Below are positions 41,399 through 54,519 of a DNA stretch of 64,000 bases, in pieces. Position 1 is the first letter of the stretch. Every line of letters starts with the position of its first letter. Below the pieces are notes generated by a model that was given only the letters and a program-made list of their open reading frames with translations, was not told where the DNA came from and did not search any database. Source of the DNA: Eledone cirrhosa (Eukaryota); contig OZ024756.1 of NCBI GenBank assembly GCA_964016885.1, forward strand, positions 20,150,001 to 20,214,000. Direction: 5' to 3'. A program made the translations under genes and the position numbers.

Positions 41399-41634
41399 GA
41401 GAGAAAAAAACAAATGAAGAGATGACATTTTCTACTGACATTCTTGGAAACATAAAAATCTCAGCAGAAGATACATAAAAAATGACAAATAAATAAACAA
41501 GAATCTGTGTTACATGTTGTGTGAATGAGTGTATTTATTACCATTAATGTAACGCAGCTGTATTTCCTTAGATATAATAGGCAGAGTAGAGAGAGACAGA
41601 TGAAGCAGAGGAATTTTGTACTTTTCTTTGCAGA

Positions 41635-42858
41635 CAGACACATTCACATATACACTGACATATGTACACTCTCTCACACAAACTCACACATACACACTAA
41701 CACACACATTCACACTCTCACACATACACACTAACATGCACATTCACATATACACTCACATATGCACACTCTCACACACCAACTCACACATACACTCACA
41801 TATGCACACTCTCACACCAACTCACAGATACACACTGACACATACATTCACATATGCGCACTCTCACACAAACTCACACATACACACTGACACATACATT
41901 CACATATGCGCACTCTCACACCAACTCACACATACACACTGACACATACATTCACATATGTACACTCTCACACATACACACTGACACATACATTCACATA
42001 TGCACACTCTCACACATACACACTGACACATACATTCACATATGCACACTCTCACACAAACTCACACATACACACTGACACATACATTCACATATGCACA
42101 CTCTCACACACAAACTCACACATACACACAAACTCACACATACACACTGACACATACATTCACATATGCGCACTCTCACACTAACTCACACATACACACT
42201 GACACATACATTTACATATGCACACTCACACACACATTCACATATTCACTCACATATGCACACCCTCTCACACAGAAACTTACACACACTCACACATCTA
42301 CACTCACATATGCATACAAAGTCATACACACTCACAAACTCTCACACACATTCACATATACACTCATATCCACACACAAACTCACACTCTCACATATACA
42401 GACACACACTCACACATATACAGACAGACACACTCACACATATACACAGACAGACACACACTCACACATATACACAGACAGGCAGACTCCCTCACACTCA
42501 GAGACCCTAACACACACACACTCACACACAAATATGCATACTCACACACATAGACACACACACATGCACATATACACACAGACACCATACAAACACACAC
42601 ACACACATATACACACAGACAGACACTGCCTCACACCTTGAGACACTAACACTAACACACAAATCCTCATACACACACACACAAACTCTCACACACATAC
42701 ACACACATACACACACAAGCACTCACACACACACATACACACAGACAGACACACTGCCTCACACCTAGAGACACTAACACTAACACACAAATCCTCATAC
42801 ACACTCACACACACAAAACACTAACACAAACACAAACACAACCACTCACACACTCACA
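41635..42858 (+). repeat. (CA)-rich compound microsatellite
   Basis: Direct inspection. Confidence 0.85.
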
Positions 42859-43009
42859 GTGAAAAAATTAAAAACCTCCTTCAACTATGTTTTGATTTAT
42901 CAGGTGTTGTTTTTTTTATAGGTTTCACCTCTCTCTGATATGTTTATATAATGGTGACCTTTCATATATAACATCCTACTTCATCATTGGGTGTCTACTT
43001 TATATATCA

Positions 43010-43217
43010 GCATGGGTTAGACAGGTCCTGTACTTCCTATACTAGCATGGGTTGGACAGGTTATCATAGCCCCTATATTGGCATGGGTTAGACAGGTCCT
43101 GTACTTCCTATACTAGCATGGGTTGGACAGGTTATCATAGCCCCTATATTGGCATGGGTTAGACAGGTCCTGTACTTCCTATACTAGCATGGGTTGGACA
43201 GATTATCATAGCCCCTA
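43010..43217 (+). repeat. 71-bp tandem repeat, 3 copies
   Basis: catgggttagacagg at 43011, 43082 and 43153. Confidence 0.85.
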
Positions 43218-43530
43218 TGGTGGTGTATAGAGTGGTGGTGTGTATATATGGTGGTGTATATATGGTAGTGAATATATATATATATATATATACATATATG
43301 TAAGTATGCATGTATACGTACATACATATATGTATACAGACGTACAGTAGCATGCACATATATATATATATACATATGCATACAGGTACACATACATATA
43401 TGCACGTATCAGTTTAGCGGCGCTTATTATAACGTCGCTTTGTTCGTTTGTAAACAAACTGAACAGCCTGAATTTATGCCATACGGTGTTAAGGCAACCA
43501 CGTCACCTTTTTGTTCAACACTGACACAGG

Positions 43531-43575
43531 AACGATGTACTAGTTTCAAGCTTGTTAGCTATCATCAGCACCGTT
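43531..43575 (-). ncRNA. Minimal type-I hammerhead ribozyme motif (family B, sense to DYNC2H1)
   Basis: AACGGUG-CUGAUGA-UAGC(UAACAA)GCUU-GAAA-CUAG-UA/CAUCGUU. 7-bp stem I, intact core, palindromic ACUAGU stem III, GUA triplet. First stem II pair is U.U. Confidence 0.75.
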
Positions 43576-43782
43576 TACCCATCTGCCAGATAGTTGAACG
43601 TTCGAAAGTATATACTCACTAAGAGTGAGAAATGAAATTTCGTTTTCATTTTGTTTCAATTTATCGTTTTCGGTATGCCTGACCGATTTAACTCACTCAA
43701 TATGCAAATTAGGCTGCTCAGCCGTTAATTTTCATAAGGAAAGTATATACTTTCGAACGTTCAACTATCTGGCAGATGGGTA

Positions 43783-43827
43783 AATGGTGCTGATGATAGC
43801 TAACAAGCTTGAAACTAGTACATCGTT
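43783..43827 (+). ncRNA. Minimal type-I hammerhead ribozyme motif (family B, inverted copy)
   Basis: AAUGGUG-CUGAUGA-UAGCUAACAAGCUU-GAAA-CUAG-UA/CAUCGUU. Differs from the other copy by one C/U change that keeps stem I paired as U-G. Confidence 0.72.
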
Positions 43828-44186
43828 CCTGTGTCAGTGTTGAACAAAAAGGTGACGTGGTTGCCTTAACACCGTATGGCATAAATTCAGGCTGTTCAGT
43901 TTGTTTACAAACGAACAAAGCGACGTTATAATAAGCGCCGCTAAACTGATACGTGCATATATGTATGTGTACCTGTATGCATATGTATATATATATGTAT
44001 ATATATATATATATGTGCATGCTACTGTACGTCTGTATACATATATGTATGTACGTATACATGCATACTTACATTTAAGTAAGTGCCATACTAAGAGTGA
44101 GAAATGAAATTTCGTTTTCATTTTGTTTCAATATATACATATATATATACATATATATACATATATACATACATATATATACATAT

Positions 44187-44249
<63 letters not shown>

Positions 44250-44306
44250 TATATACATACATAGATACATATATATATATATATACATATATACATATAT
44301 ATATAT

Positions 44307-44352
<46 letters not shown>

Positions 44353-44824
44353 GTATATATATATATATCACTATTATATATACGCTACCATATATCTTGC
44401 AATCGAAAGGTTGTGAGTTCAATTCTCAGACCGGATGATGCGTTGTTTCCTTGAGCAAGACACTTTATTTCCCATTGCTCCAGTTTACTCAGCTGTAGAA
44501 ATGAGATGATAGGGACTGGGGTCCCTATCATTCCACTGCAAAGTGGTCGTGGAGGTGCCACGGAAAAAAAGCACCCAGCACTCACTGTAAATGAGGTTGG
44601 TGTTAGGAAGGGCATCCAGCTGTAGAAATCAAGCCAGAATCAGTTCCCGTATGAGCAAGGCATGGTCAGTCGACCGGACACTGCCCACAACAGGACAACC
44701 CGTCTAACCCATGCTACCATGGAAGAACGGACATAAGATGATGATGATGATATATATATATAGTGGTGTATATAAGAAATGTTGTTCTACAGTTAATTCA
44801 TTTGTAAGTTTGTAAATCACTGAC

Positions 44825-45057
44825 CTCTTTTATTCTGTCTGCGAGCTGTGAAAGGTCAGTCGGAACAAATTTGATTCCATCCCATGGATGGGGAGTGTAC
44901 CGTTTCCATAAGTGGACAGTGAAAGACTCACAGATGTTAATCCAAGTCTCACAGATGGTAATGCCAGACTGAAGAACTTGGCAGATGTTAGAGTAGTAGC
45001 CATACCAAATGTCTTCATCGGCCAGCTTCTTCTTCACATAGCAGGCAATAGAGGAAG
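44825..45057 (-). CDS. DYNC2H1: DYNC2H1 coding exon 4 (ASSIACYVKKKL...WKRYTPHPW...RIKE)
   Basis: Homologous to the WQRYVPHPW segment. Acceptor tttcAG, donor GTCAG, 233 nt, phase 1 to 0. Confidence 0.95.
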
Positions 45058-45281
45058 CTGAAATTGGTTTAAAATACACATATATATATATATAGTAACA
45101 ATAATAAATTTGAAGATTAAAATCCAAAGAGGGCTCGCTAAGGATAAATACATATCAAATATACAAGAACTCTAGAGCAAATATTTATTAAAATAACAGA
45201 TTAAAGTTTAAGCAAAGAATCTTCAGAAGATCCCGTTCAGGTTGAAAGCAGCGATTCTTTGCTTACACTTTAATCTGTTAA

Positions 45282-45336
<55 letters not shown>

Positions 45337-45517
45337 CATACACATAGATATATATATATATATATATATATATACTTAGGTTAATAGGAGTTAGGTATTG
45401 TATACCCGTGTCCCATTAAGGTATTGGCAGCATAATAATTAGCTCTATGCTTTGGAGCAGAGCCGTATATATGAAAAAGAACACAAGAGCGTCTACAACA
45501 TCAAAAGATTTTTATTG

Positions 45518-45563
45518 GCTTACAATGTTTCTTCCTTACGTAACCGTAGGATTCGTCAGAGCT
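45518..45563 (-). ncRNA. Degenerate type-I hammerhead ribozyme motif (family C)
   Basis: GCU-CUGACGA-AUCCUAC(GGUUAC)GUAAGGAA-GAAA-CAUUG-UA/AGC followed by AAUAAA. Core intact, stem I only 3 bp, A.A at the base of stem II. Confidence 0.6.
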
Positions 45564-45889
45564 ATAAAAGGGGTTTGATTGGTGTTATGGACTCTACCAA
45601 CCAAACATTCAAGAACAAAGAGTAAAGAGAGTAAAGAGCAAAAGTTGGGGACGATAAGTCTAATTTTGGTGCGGGAGGGTGGGGTGTATATATATATATA
45701 TGTGTATGTGTATATATATATACATATTATATTATATATATATGTATGTGTATATATATATGTATATATATATATATATATAGTAATAATAATAAATTTG
45801 AAGACTAAAATCCAAAGAGGGCTCGATAAGGATAAATATATATCAAATATATAAGAACCCTAGAGGAAATATTTATATATATATATATA

Positions 45890-45970
45890 TACATGGTGCC
45901 CCCAAAAATGTATACACACTTCAACAGCATTCTAATCAATATGTGTATACATTTTTGGGGACACCCTGTG
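45890..45970. mobile_element. About 80-bp TIR-only Tc1/mariner-type MITE
   Basis: tacatggtgcccccaaaaatgtatacaca ... tgtgtatacatttttggggacaccctgtg. Confidence 0.65.
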
Positions 45971-46047
45971 TATTAAATGAAAAAAATTGAACATTGGAAA
46001 ATAACGAAGATATTCTTTCTAAACAAACTAATATGTTCTCCACCTGC

Positions 46048-46950
46048 CACACACACATATACACATACACACAGGCACACACACATACATACACACAGAC
46101 ACAATATACACACAAACATAAATACACACAGGCACACATACATACACACAGACACACATATATACACACAGGCACACACACATACATACACTTAGACATA
46201 CACACAGACACAATATACACACAAACATAAATACACACAGGCACACATACATACACACAGACACACATATATACACACAGGCACACACACATACATACAC
46301 TTAGACATACACACAGACACAATATACACACAAACATAAATACACACAGGCACACATACATACACACAGACACACATATATACACACACATACATACACT
46401 TAGACATACACACGGACACAATATACACACAAACATAAATACACACAGGCACACATACATACACACAGACACACATATATACACACAGGCACACACACAT
46501 ACATACACTTAGACATACACACAGACACAATATACACACAAACATAAATACACACAGGCACACATACATACACACAGACACACATATATACACACAGGCA
46601 CACACACATACATACACTTAGACATACACACAGACACAATATACACACAAACATAAATACACACAGGCACACATACATACACACAGACATACATATATAC
46701 ACACAGGCACACACACATACATACACACGCGCACAGACAAACATAAATACACACAGGCACACATACATACACAGACACACATATATACACAGACACACAT
46801 AAATACACACAGGCACACACACATACATACACACACAGAGACATACACACACACACACATACACACAAACATAAATACATACAGGCACACATACATACAC
46901 ACACACACACAAACATAAACACATACACGCAGACACACACATACAAACAG
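46048..46950 (+). repeat. CA-rich compound tandem repeat with a unit of about 109 bp
   Basis: Recurrent cacttagacatacacacagacacaatatacacacaaacataaat. Confidence 0.8.
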
Positions 46951-47155
46951 ATAGATACACTCATCACTGTCATTGTTATTTACTCTGATCCTCAAATGAT
47001 ACTGCCAATACGCCCCCCCCCCATCCATATCTAGGAATATTAAATCAATCCTAGTATATGACTGGTACTTTACCTTGTTACCCTCACCTCCAACCCCATC
47101 CCAGAAGTATGTAAAGCGAGGTTGACTTTAACATGGCTTGAACCAGCATCTGAAG

Positions 47156-47450
47156 CAGGCATGGGCAACCTTTTTCGAGAAGTAGGCCGCATGATATGAT
47201 ATGGGTCATCACCAGACGAGCCGCAAGCGCTAATTTACATTCGCTAATTTACATTAAAAAAAGGGCAGTAACTCAGGTTGCTTTGATTTGTTTCTTCAGA
47301 ATTCATACATGTTGCTTTCCTCGATCATAAAAATGATAGAAAGATAAATTACGACTGAAAAGTTGGGGTAAAACAATCTGAAAGATTTCACTTAGGTGAC
47401 CTAGGTGAGCCATTCAGAAAGCTCCGCAGGCCACAGGTTGCCCACGACTG
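47156..47450. mobile_element. hAT (Charlie-like) MITE, 295 bp
   Basis: TIRs caggcatgggcaacct / aggttgcccacgactg. Flanking 8-mers atctgaag and gtctaaag match 6 of 8 and resemble the NTCTAGAN target preference. Confidence 0.75.
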
Positions 47451-50345
47451 GTCTAAAGAGCTATATCTATATATCACAAACATTTATATACCACACTGTA
47501 AATGTGGTTGGTGTTAGGAAGGGCATCCAACTGTAGAAAACCTGCCAGACAGTCCTATGCGAGCAAGACAATCACTCTTGCCTCAAGTGGGAAAACCCCC
47601 GTCCAAACCCATGCAAGCGTGGAACACGGACGTTAAACGTTGATGATGATGATGATGATGATGATTTCCCCCAATCCTCTAATGATTCTGTGGAAAGATT
47701 ACCTTGTACAGAATCATCATCATCATCATTGTTGTTTTAACATCCACTTTACCTGCTAATAAGATTTGCTGGCCACTGCCATCATGCCACCTATGAGGCT
47801 GTGTCCCCATTAGTGCTTTGGAAACCACAAGCAGTCACTAATAACAGGGGGCGCAAGCTCTCCTATCCCGATGTCATCTCCAGAGATTCTGGTATTGAAA
47901 TCCAGGATTTAGTAACGGCAATGAATGACTGACCCACGTGGAGATCAATTGTTGAGTCGATCTTGGCTGAGGCCACCAGATGATGATGAGAAAGGGTTGG
48001 ATGGGTCTACATAGAGCAAGGCTACTGATCTGTGTCTCGCATTCTACCGCGTACACAGAAGAGGTTGTCATGTCTTTGACACAACTGAGGGTTCTCCCAG
48101 CCCTATGTTTAGCAAGCTTTTTATGACTGGATGCCCTTCCTATCACCAACCACTTTACAGTGTGTACTAGGTGTGTTTATCGTGTAGATCACCAACACTA
48201 GGGAGTCTGTCATGTCCTTCACACAAGTAAGGAGTTCTCCCAAACCTATGTTTGGCAAGCTTTCTATAGCTGGATGCCCTTCCTAACACCAACCACTTTA
48301 CAGCTTGTACTAGGTGTGTTTATCGTGTAGATCACCAACACTAGGGAGTCTGTCATGTCCTTCACACAAGTAAGGAGTTCTCCCAAACCTATGTTTGGCA
48401 AGCTTTCTATAGCTGGATGCCCTTCCTAACACCAACCACTTTACAGCTTGCACTTGGCGCGTTTATTGTGTAGATCATCAACAGTGGGGAGATTGTCATG
48501 TCCTTGACATGACTGAGGGGGTCCTCCCAACCTTTTGTTTGGCAAGCTTCCTAAAACCAACCACTCTACAGCATGTACTGGTTTGTAAAACTCAATTCAG
48601 AACTGAATTTCAAAGTCTATCAGGAGAGTATTAATCGCTTGCATGAAACTGATGGTTTAAGTAATAAACTGGTGACTCATATTATATGTTGTTAGCTGTA
48701 TGGTGTTATAAAGCTGATGACACAGCCAGCTGGTCATCATCACCATTTAACATCCATGTTTCCATGCCAGTTGATATTTCAGTAAATTATTTACTGGGTG
48801 ACTTTAGTCATCTCAGGTCACATAAGGGTCAATATCTACAAACTCATTATAAAAGAAAAGAAAAAAAAACTACATCGACACAACAATGAAGGCGGTGGAT
48901 TGGCAGAATCAGTAAAACCTTGGAAAATAAAAAAAATCTTAGGTCTGTTTCAAGCCCGGAGGCTCATCAGGCTGGTGTTTATCCCAGTTTCCATGGCATC
49001 AGGCAACTGAGAATACAAGACTCCCCCCTGGACAGAATGCCAGTCCATCACATTGGCCGGTTTGAACATTAAAGGGTTACCCTTAATGTTCAAACCGGCC
49101 AAAACCGGCAAGAATTCTCTACCTCTTTCTGTTGAAACTGGCCACTCAAACTGATGTTAAGGTATTGTTCTCAAAATAAATACTTTAAAAATCTCATAGA
49201 TTCGATATTACGTGAGATATTATGTGAGGTAAAGCCTTTACGATGAAAATACAATAGTATATATATAGTAATATGAATGCTAAAGGGTTAAACCCCCAGC
49301 TATTCTTGATGGTACTTATTTTCAGCTGAGTATACTGGAGCAATGTGAAATGAAGTGTTTTGCTCAAGAACACAACACACAACCCAGTCCAGGACTCAAA
49401 CCCACAACATTATGATTGTAAGTCTAACACCCTTACCACTATTGCCAAGCAATATTTCTTCAGGCTTTTTACATTCTGAGTTTGAATACCATTGTGGTCA
49501 ATCTCAACTTAGCTTTTCATCGTTCCAGGGTCAATGAAATAAAGTACCACTAATGGAGGAGAGTGGGAAGGTTTGAACCAAGAATCTTGTGCCAGTGAAG
49601 GAAACATCTTAACTCTTTAGCATTTAAACCAGCCTTAACCAGCCAGAATTTTCCCACCTCTTTCTGTTCAAATCAGCCATAACTAGCCACTCATAAGGTA
49701 TCATTCTCAAAATAAATAATATCAAAATCTCAGAGATTCCATATTATGTGAGATAAAGCCTTTGACATGAAAATATAACAGTAGAGTAATGCCAATGCTA
49801 AAAGGCTAAACTACTCAGCCATAATTATTATATACCCATGCCAAATTTTTATAAACCAATTTGCCAGAAGAATAAAAAAAAAAGGGCTTCCCTCCCCACC
49901 ACCACAAAAAAACAAAAAAAAAACAAATGTACCGCATTTCCCAGCATCAAAGACGCTACATTTTTCAGAAAATAAGTCTCAAAAATCTACCATGCGTCCT
50001 GGAGGCAAAAGGTTGTTTATCATTTATTTCAAGTTTTTGGTTGTCAAAATTAGGGTCTGTCCTCGAGAACGAAAGGGTCTTCAGCACCGGGGGGGGGGGG
50101 GGGGGGGAATACGGTAGCTTCCCTCCCCATGAAAAAAAAAGACCCTTCCCACCCCACCACCTCAAAAAAACAAATGTAGATTCCCTCTCTATCAAAAAAG
50201 GGGCTTCCCTCCCCACCACCATCACCACAAAAAACAACAAAAAAACAAATGTAGATTCCCTCCTCATAAAAACACATAATGGTGGCTTCCTTTCCTCTTC
50301 ATCAATAAAAAACCCAACAAATAACCAAAGTGATCTTAAACTAAC

Positions 50346-50615
50346 CTATCACATCCATTAAATGTCTCATTCGGTTTTCTGAATAAACAGGTTCACAATC
50401 CGTCTGTTTCCAGACATCATCCAGGACATCCTGGGTTGTTTCAATCAGTTCAAGAACATTTTGCATTTCCAGGCAGTCTAAACCATTGCCATAATCCTTG
50501 CAGATTGGTTGGAACAGTTCCTGGAAGTACTTGGCTCTTTCTCGCTCCTCCGTAGACTGGCTTGAAAGGACTACATCGGACCAAAACTGAAATTCATCTT
50601 CGGGGGTGATGATTC
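50346..50615 (-). CDS. DYNC2H1: DYNC2H1 coding exon 3 (GIITPEDEFQFW...ETTQDVLDDVWKQT...RMRHLMDVI)
   Basis: Matches the recalled human ILTPSDEFQFW and ETTQDVVDDVWRQT segments. Acceptor atcAG, donor GTTAG, 270 nt, phase 1 to 1. Confidence 0.95.
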
Positions 50616-51893
50616 CTGATAAAATGGAAGAGAACATTTAGATTAACTGACATTTTTTTAGATTTATCTTTATTCTGGTGATCTACACAATAAATCCACC
50701 CAGTACACTCTGTAAAGTAACTGCTGATAGGAAGGGCATCCAGCCCCAGTCACTCTGTCTCGTCTTTTGGTAAGAATGAAATCTATCTAGCTGACATGCT
50801 CACCTGATCTATAGGTGATTAAGTGGTTGTCTCACTTTTTGAAGTTCGTGTTACAGATAAATAGGTCATTTGTGTCTCAGAATTGCAGCAGTCTGAAACC
50901 TTCCTTGTTTCTAGCACCAAACCCATAACCCCATGGATCCTGTCGAAGCCCTCACAGTGTTGCCCAATATGTCCTGTTAAAGTCTCCTGCAATGAGTATG
51001 AGGTTGCTATCGTTTATTTCAGAAGTAGTGTGCATTAGGGACTCATAAAACCTGTATTTTAGTATGTCTGGCAGTCAATATTGATGTATGTAAGCAGATA
51101 TAATTGTCATGGTTGTTCTATTTAGTACAAGTCTAAGTTTAATATTCTGTCATTTATTCTATTTACAGCAATTATTTTGTTTACTCAATTTTCTGCTGCC
51201 AATATCCTTACTCCACCCAGCCCGTCATCATTTCCCACCCAGGAAAATTTGTCGCATTGTTTCTTGCCCATGAAAAATCTAGCTGACATCCCCCCTCCAT
51301 CTAGTCTTATATACACAGCACACATCAATTTTATTTTGTTCAAGCATCTCTACAATCTCTCCAGATCTTCCTTTTATTGTGCCTACATTGATGGTGCCAA
51401 CTCTGAAGTTATCAAGTTCAATGGAAGAGTGAGAAGAAGAAGAAGAAAACTTGGTAGGGGATGTGAGGGATGAGTTGGCATTGCTTTCCCATATCTGAAA
51501 TAAAGAAGAGCTATTGCATGGTCATCCAGAGCAGGTTGGTGGGTTCATATTCATCATTAGAAATGCTCCAGCTTAGTAATCCATATGCCATACAGAACAA
51601 ACAACAGGCCCATAACAACTGTACTAGAAGTAGTAGTGTCTATTGCAATAGAGATATATTAATTTATATCTCTATAAAGTTCACTGCCTTTAATACATAA
51701 ATATCTCAATGCCAGGATAAGATATATTAATAAATTATCCACTGAGTAATAAAAAATATTAAATTTAAGCCAAAACTCATTTTTGGGGGGATATAAGCCA
51801 AATCAACTGAAAAAAAGTCAGTTTTGACTTATATAATGCCCTGACCATGGGCTCTGGAACCCCAAGATATTGGAAGAATTTAATGAAAGGAAA

Positions 51894-51940
<47 letters not shown>

Positions 51941-53304
51941 TATAATAAACAACATAAGGCAATTATTCCATTTACCAGTGGTTTCTTAAAAGTGGTTTCT
52001 TAAAAATATTACTTCATTTACACATATATATATATATATATATGGAGGCACATGGCTTAGTGGTTAGAGCATTGGCTTGCACGAAAGGTTGTGAGTTCAA
52101 TTCTCAGACTGGGTGATGTGTTGTTTCCTTGAGCAAGAGACTGTATTTCACATTGCTCCAGTTTACTCAGCTGTAGAAATGAGATGATAGGGACTGGGGT
52201 TCATATCATTCCACTGCAAAATGGTCGTGTAGGCGCCACGGAAAAAAAAGCACCCAGCACTCACTGTAAATGAGGTTGGTGTTAGGAAGGGCATCCAGCT
52301 GTAGAAATCAAGCCAGAATCAGTTCCCATATGAGCAAGACATGGTCAGCCGACCGGATACTGCCCACAACTGGACAACCCGTCTAACCCATGCTAGCATG
52401 GAAGAACGGACGTAAAACAGTGATGATGATAATGATATATATATATATAAATATATTCAAAATTAAATTAAGGGTTGTCATGTCTGAGACACATGCGCCA
52501 TATCCACTGCAGAATAAGCTCAAAGATTCCAATGAATAGATCCGAGCATTTTATATCGATTAGAAATTGATTGACATATATATATATATAAAATAAACAT
52601 ATGAAACAATCACAGTGATTGTTTCATATGTTTACTTTATATATATGTCAATCTATTTCTAGTTGATATATATATATATATATACACCCTCGTCCCACCC
52701 CATCCACACCGCCCCCTTCAATGCAAAGTTATGTTGGTGCCACAACATCCAGGCCGAAACAAACGAGATCGTGTAGGTGTCACGACAAAAAAACACAGTC
52801 CACGCTGTAATGTGGCCGTGTAGGCAACACGGTAAAAACCTCCCAGTCCACACTGTAAATGTGGTTGGTGTTATGAAGGGCATCCAGCTGTAGAAAACGC
52901 GCCAGGCAGTCCACGCTGTAATGTGGCCGTGTAGGCAACACGGTAAAAACCTCCCAGCCCCACACTGTAAATGTGGTTGGTGTTAGGAAGGACATCCAGC
53001 TGTAGAAAACCCGCCAGATAGTCCTATGCGAGCAAGACAACCACTCTTGCCTCAAGTGGGAAAACTCCCGTCCAAACCCATGCAAGCGTGGAACAGGGAC
53101 GTTAAACGATGATGATGATGATGATGATGATGATATATTTATATATATAGTCACTTCAATAGGGGCTTCTGGTAATTCACAGAAATGCTGAAGAGTTTGA
53201 TTGCCAGCCAAACTAATTATTTGTTGTCTCAAAAACAATGGCCGTCTCCGGAACTGAGGTTCAACAACCCAATTATATCATTGAGAAAACTATTAATTTG
53301 AATA

Positions 53305-54195
53305 TATTACACACACATACATATAAACATATACTCATGCATGCACATACACACACACATACACACCCATGCACACCACATACATGCACACATACACACC
53401 CATGCAATCCACATACACACCACATACATCGACACTCATACACATGCATGCACATATACACACACATACATATATGCACACACACACACATGTACCATGC
53501 ACACCCTATGCATATGTATGAGCACATAAATAGACACACATACACACACACACACACACATATATACACACACACATGCCCATGTATGAGCACATAAACA
53601 GGCACACACATACATATACAAGCACACACACAAACATACACACACAAACATACACACACGCCCATGTATGAGCACATAAACACACATATACAAGCACACA
53701 CACATACACACACAAACATACATACACTCATGCCTATGTATGAGCACACACACATAAACTCACACACATATATACACACATACATATACACACATGCCTA
53801 TGTGTGAGCACATAAACACACACTCACACACCTACACAGAACTAAAATACCAGTACCACAAAATTTTATTTTTCTAATACACACCACACTTGTGTATGTG
53901 TGTGGTGTGTATGTGAACATGTGTGTGTGAGTGTGTGTGTGTGCGTGTATGTGTATGCATGTGTGTGAGTGCATGTGTGTATGCTTGTGTGCATGTATGT
54001 GCATGTATGTGTGTGCACATGTGCATGTGTGTGTATGTATGTGTTCATGTGTGTATGTGTGCATTTTTATGTATGTGTGTATGTATGTGTGCATGTGTAT
54101 GTATGTGTGTGTGTATATGGGTGTATGCATGTGTATGTATGTATGTGTGTGTATATACGTGAGTATATATGTATGTATGTGCGTGGACACAGACA
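53305..54195. repeat. (CA)n-rich then (TG)n-rich microsatellite fields in opposite orientation
   Basis: Direct inspection. Confidence 0.8.
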
Positions 54196-54519
54196 CAGGT
54201 GAATGGTCAAACAGCAGTTCATTTCACAATCAGATCAGTAGATTCAGTTTTTGATCCTTTGCCATAACCTCAGATCAACCCATGCTTTGTAGAGCAATAT
54301 TTGGGAGGCAGAGACTGTTTGGAAGCCTGTCTGATTGACTATACCTGTAATTTAAAGAGCCAGTTGTGACATAAACTGTATCATACTGAATCATCGTCAT
54401 TACTGTTTACTGTCTGTTTTTCCATACTAGCATGGGTTAGATGAGTCGTCCAGGTTATGAGACAAGTCTGGCCATTTGACTGCGCCGAACCTTGCTCAAA
54501 GAGAACTGTATTTTGGCTT

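Larger units (their letters stand above)
43298..44074. repeat. Near-perfect inverted repeat with arms of about 320 bp (43298-43616 and 43742-44074) and a 125-bp spacer
   Basis: The same peptide appears in ORF 43440(+) and ORF 43718(-). Arms differ mainly in TA-tract length plus one substitution seen. Flanked by (TA)n. Confidence 0.92.

Noticed and set aside
45220-45260. cagaagatcccgttcaggttgaaagcagcga as a hammerhead
   Set aside because: The core reads CAGAAGA and there is no UH triplet, so it is too degenerate to call.
48940-48985. CUGAUGA-GCC-UCCG-GGC-UU-GAAAC on the minus strand (also about 58020-58060 and 5843) as a hammerhead
   Set aside because: Two extra nucleotides precede GAAA, there is no UH cleavage site or closing stem I, and the other copy reads GAGAC. 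It is better explained as the 3' stem-loop of a SINE tail.
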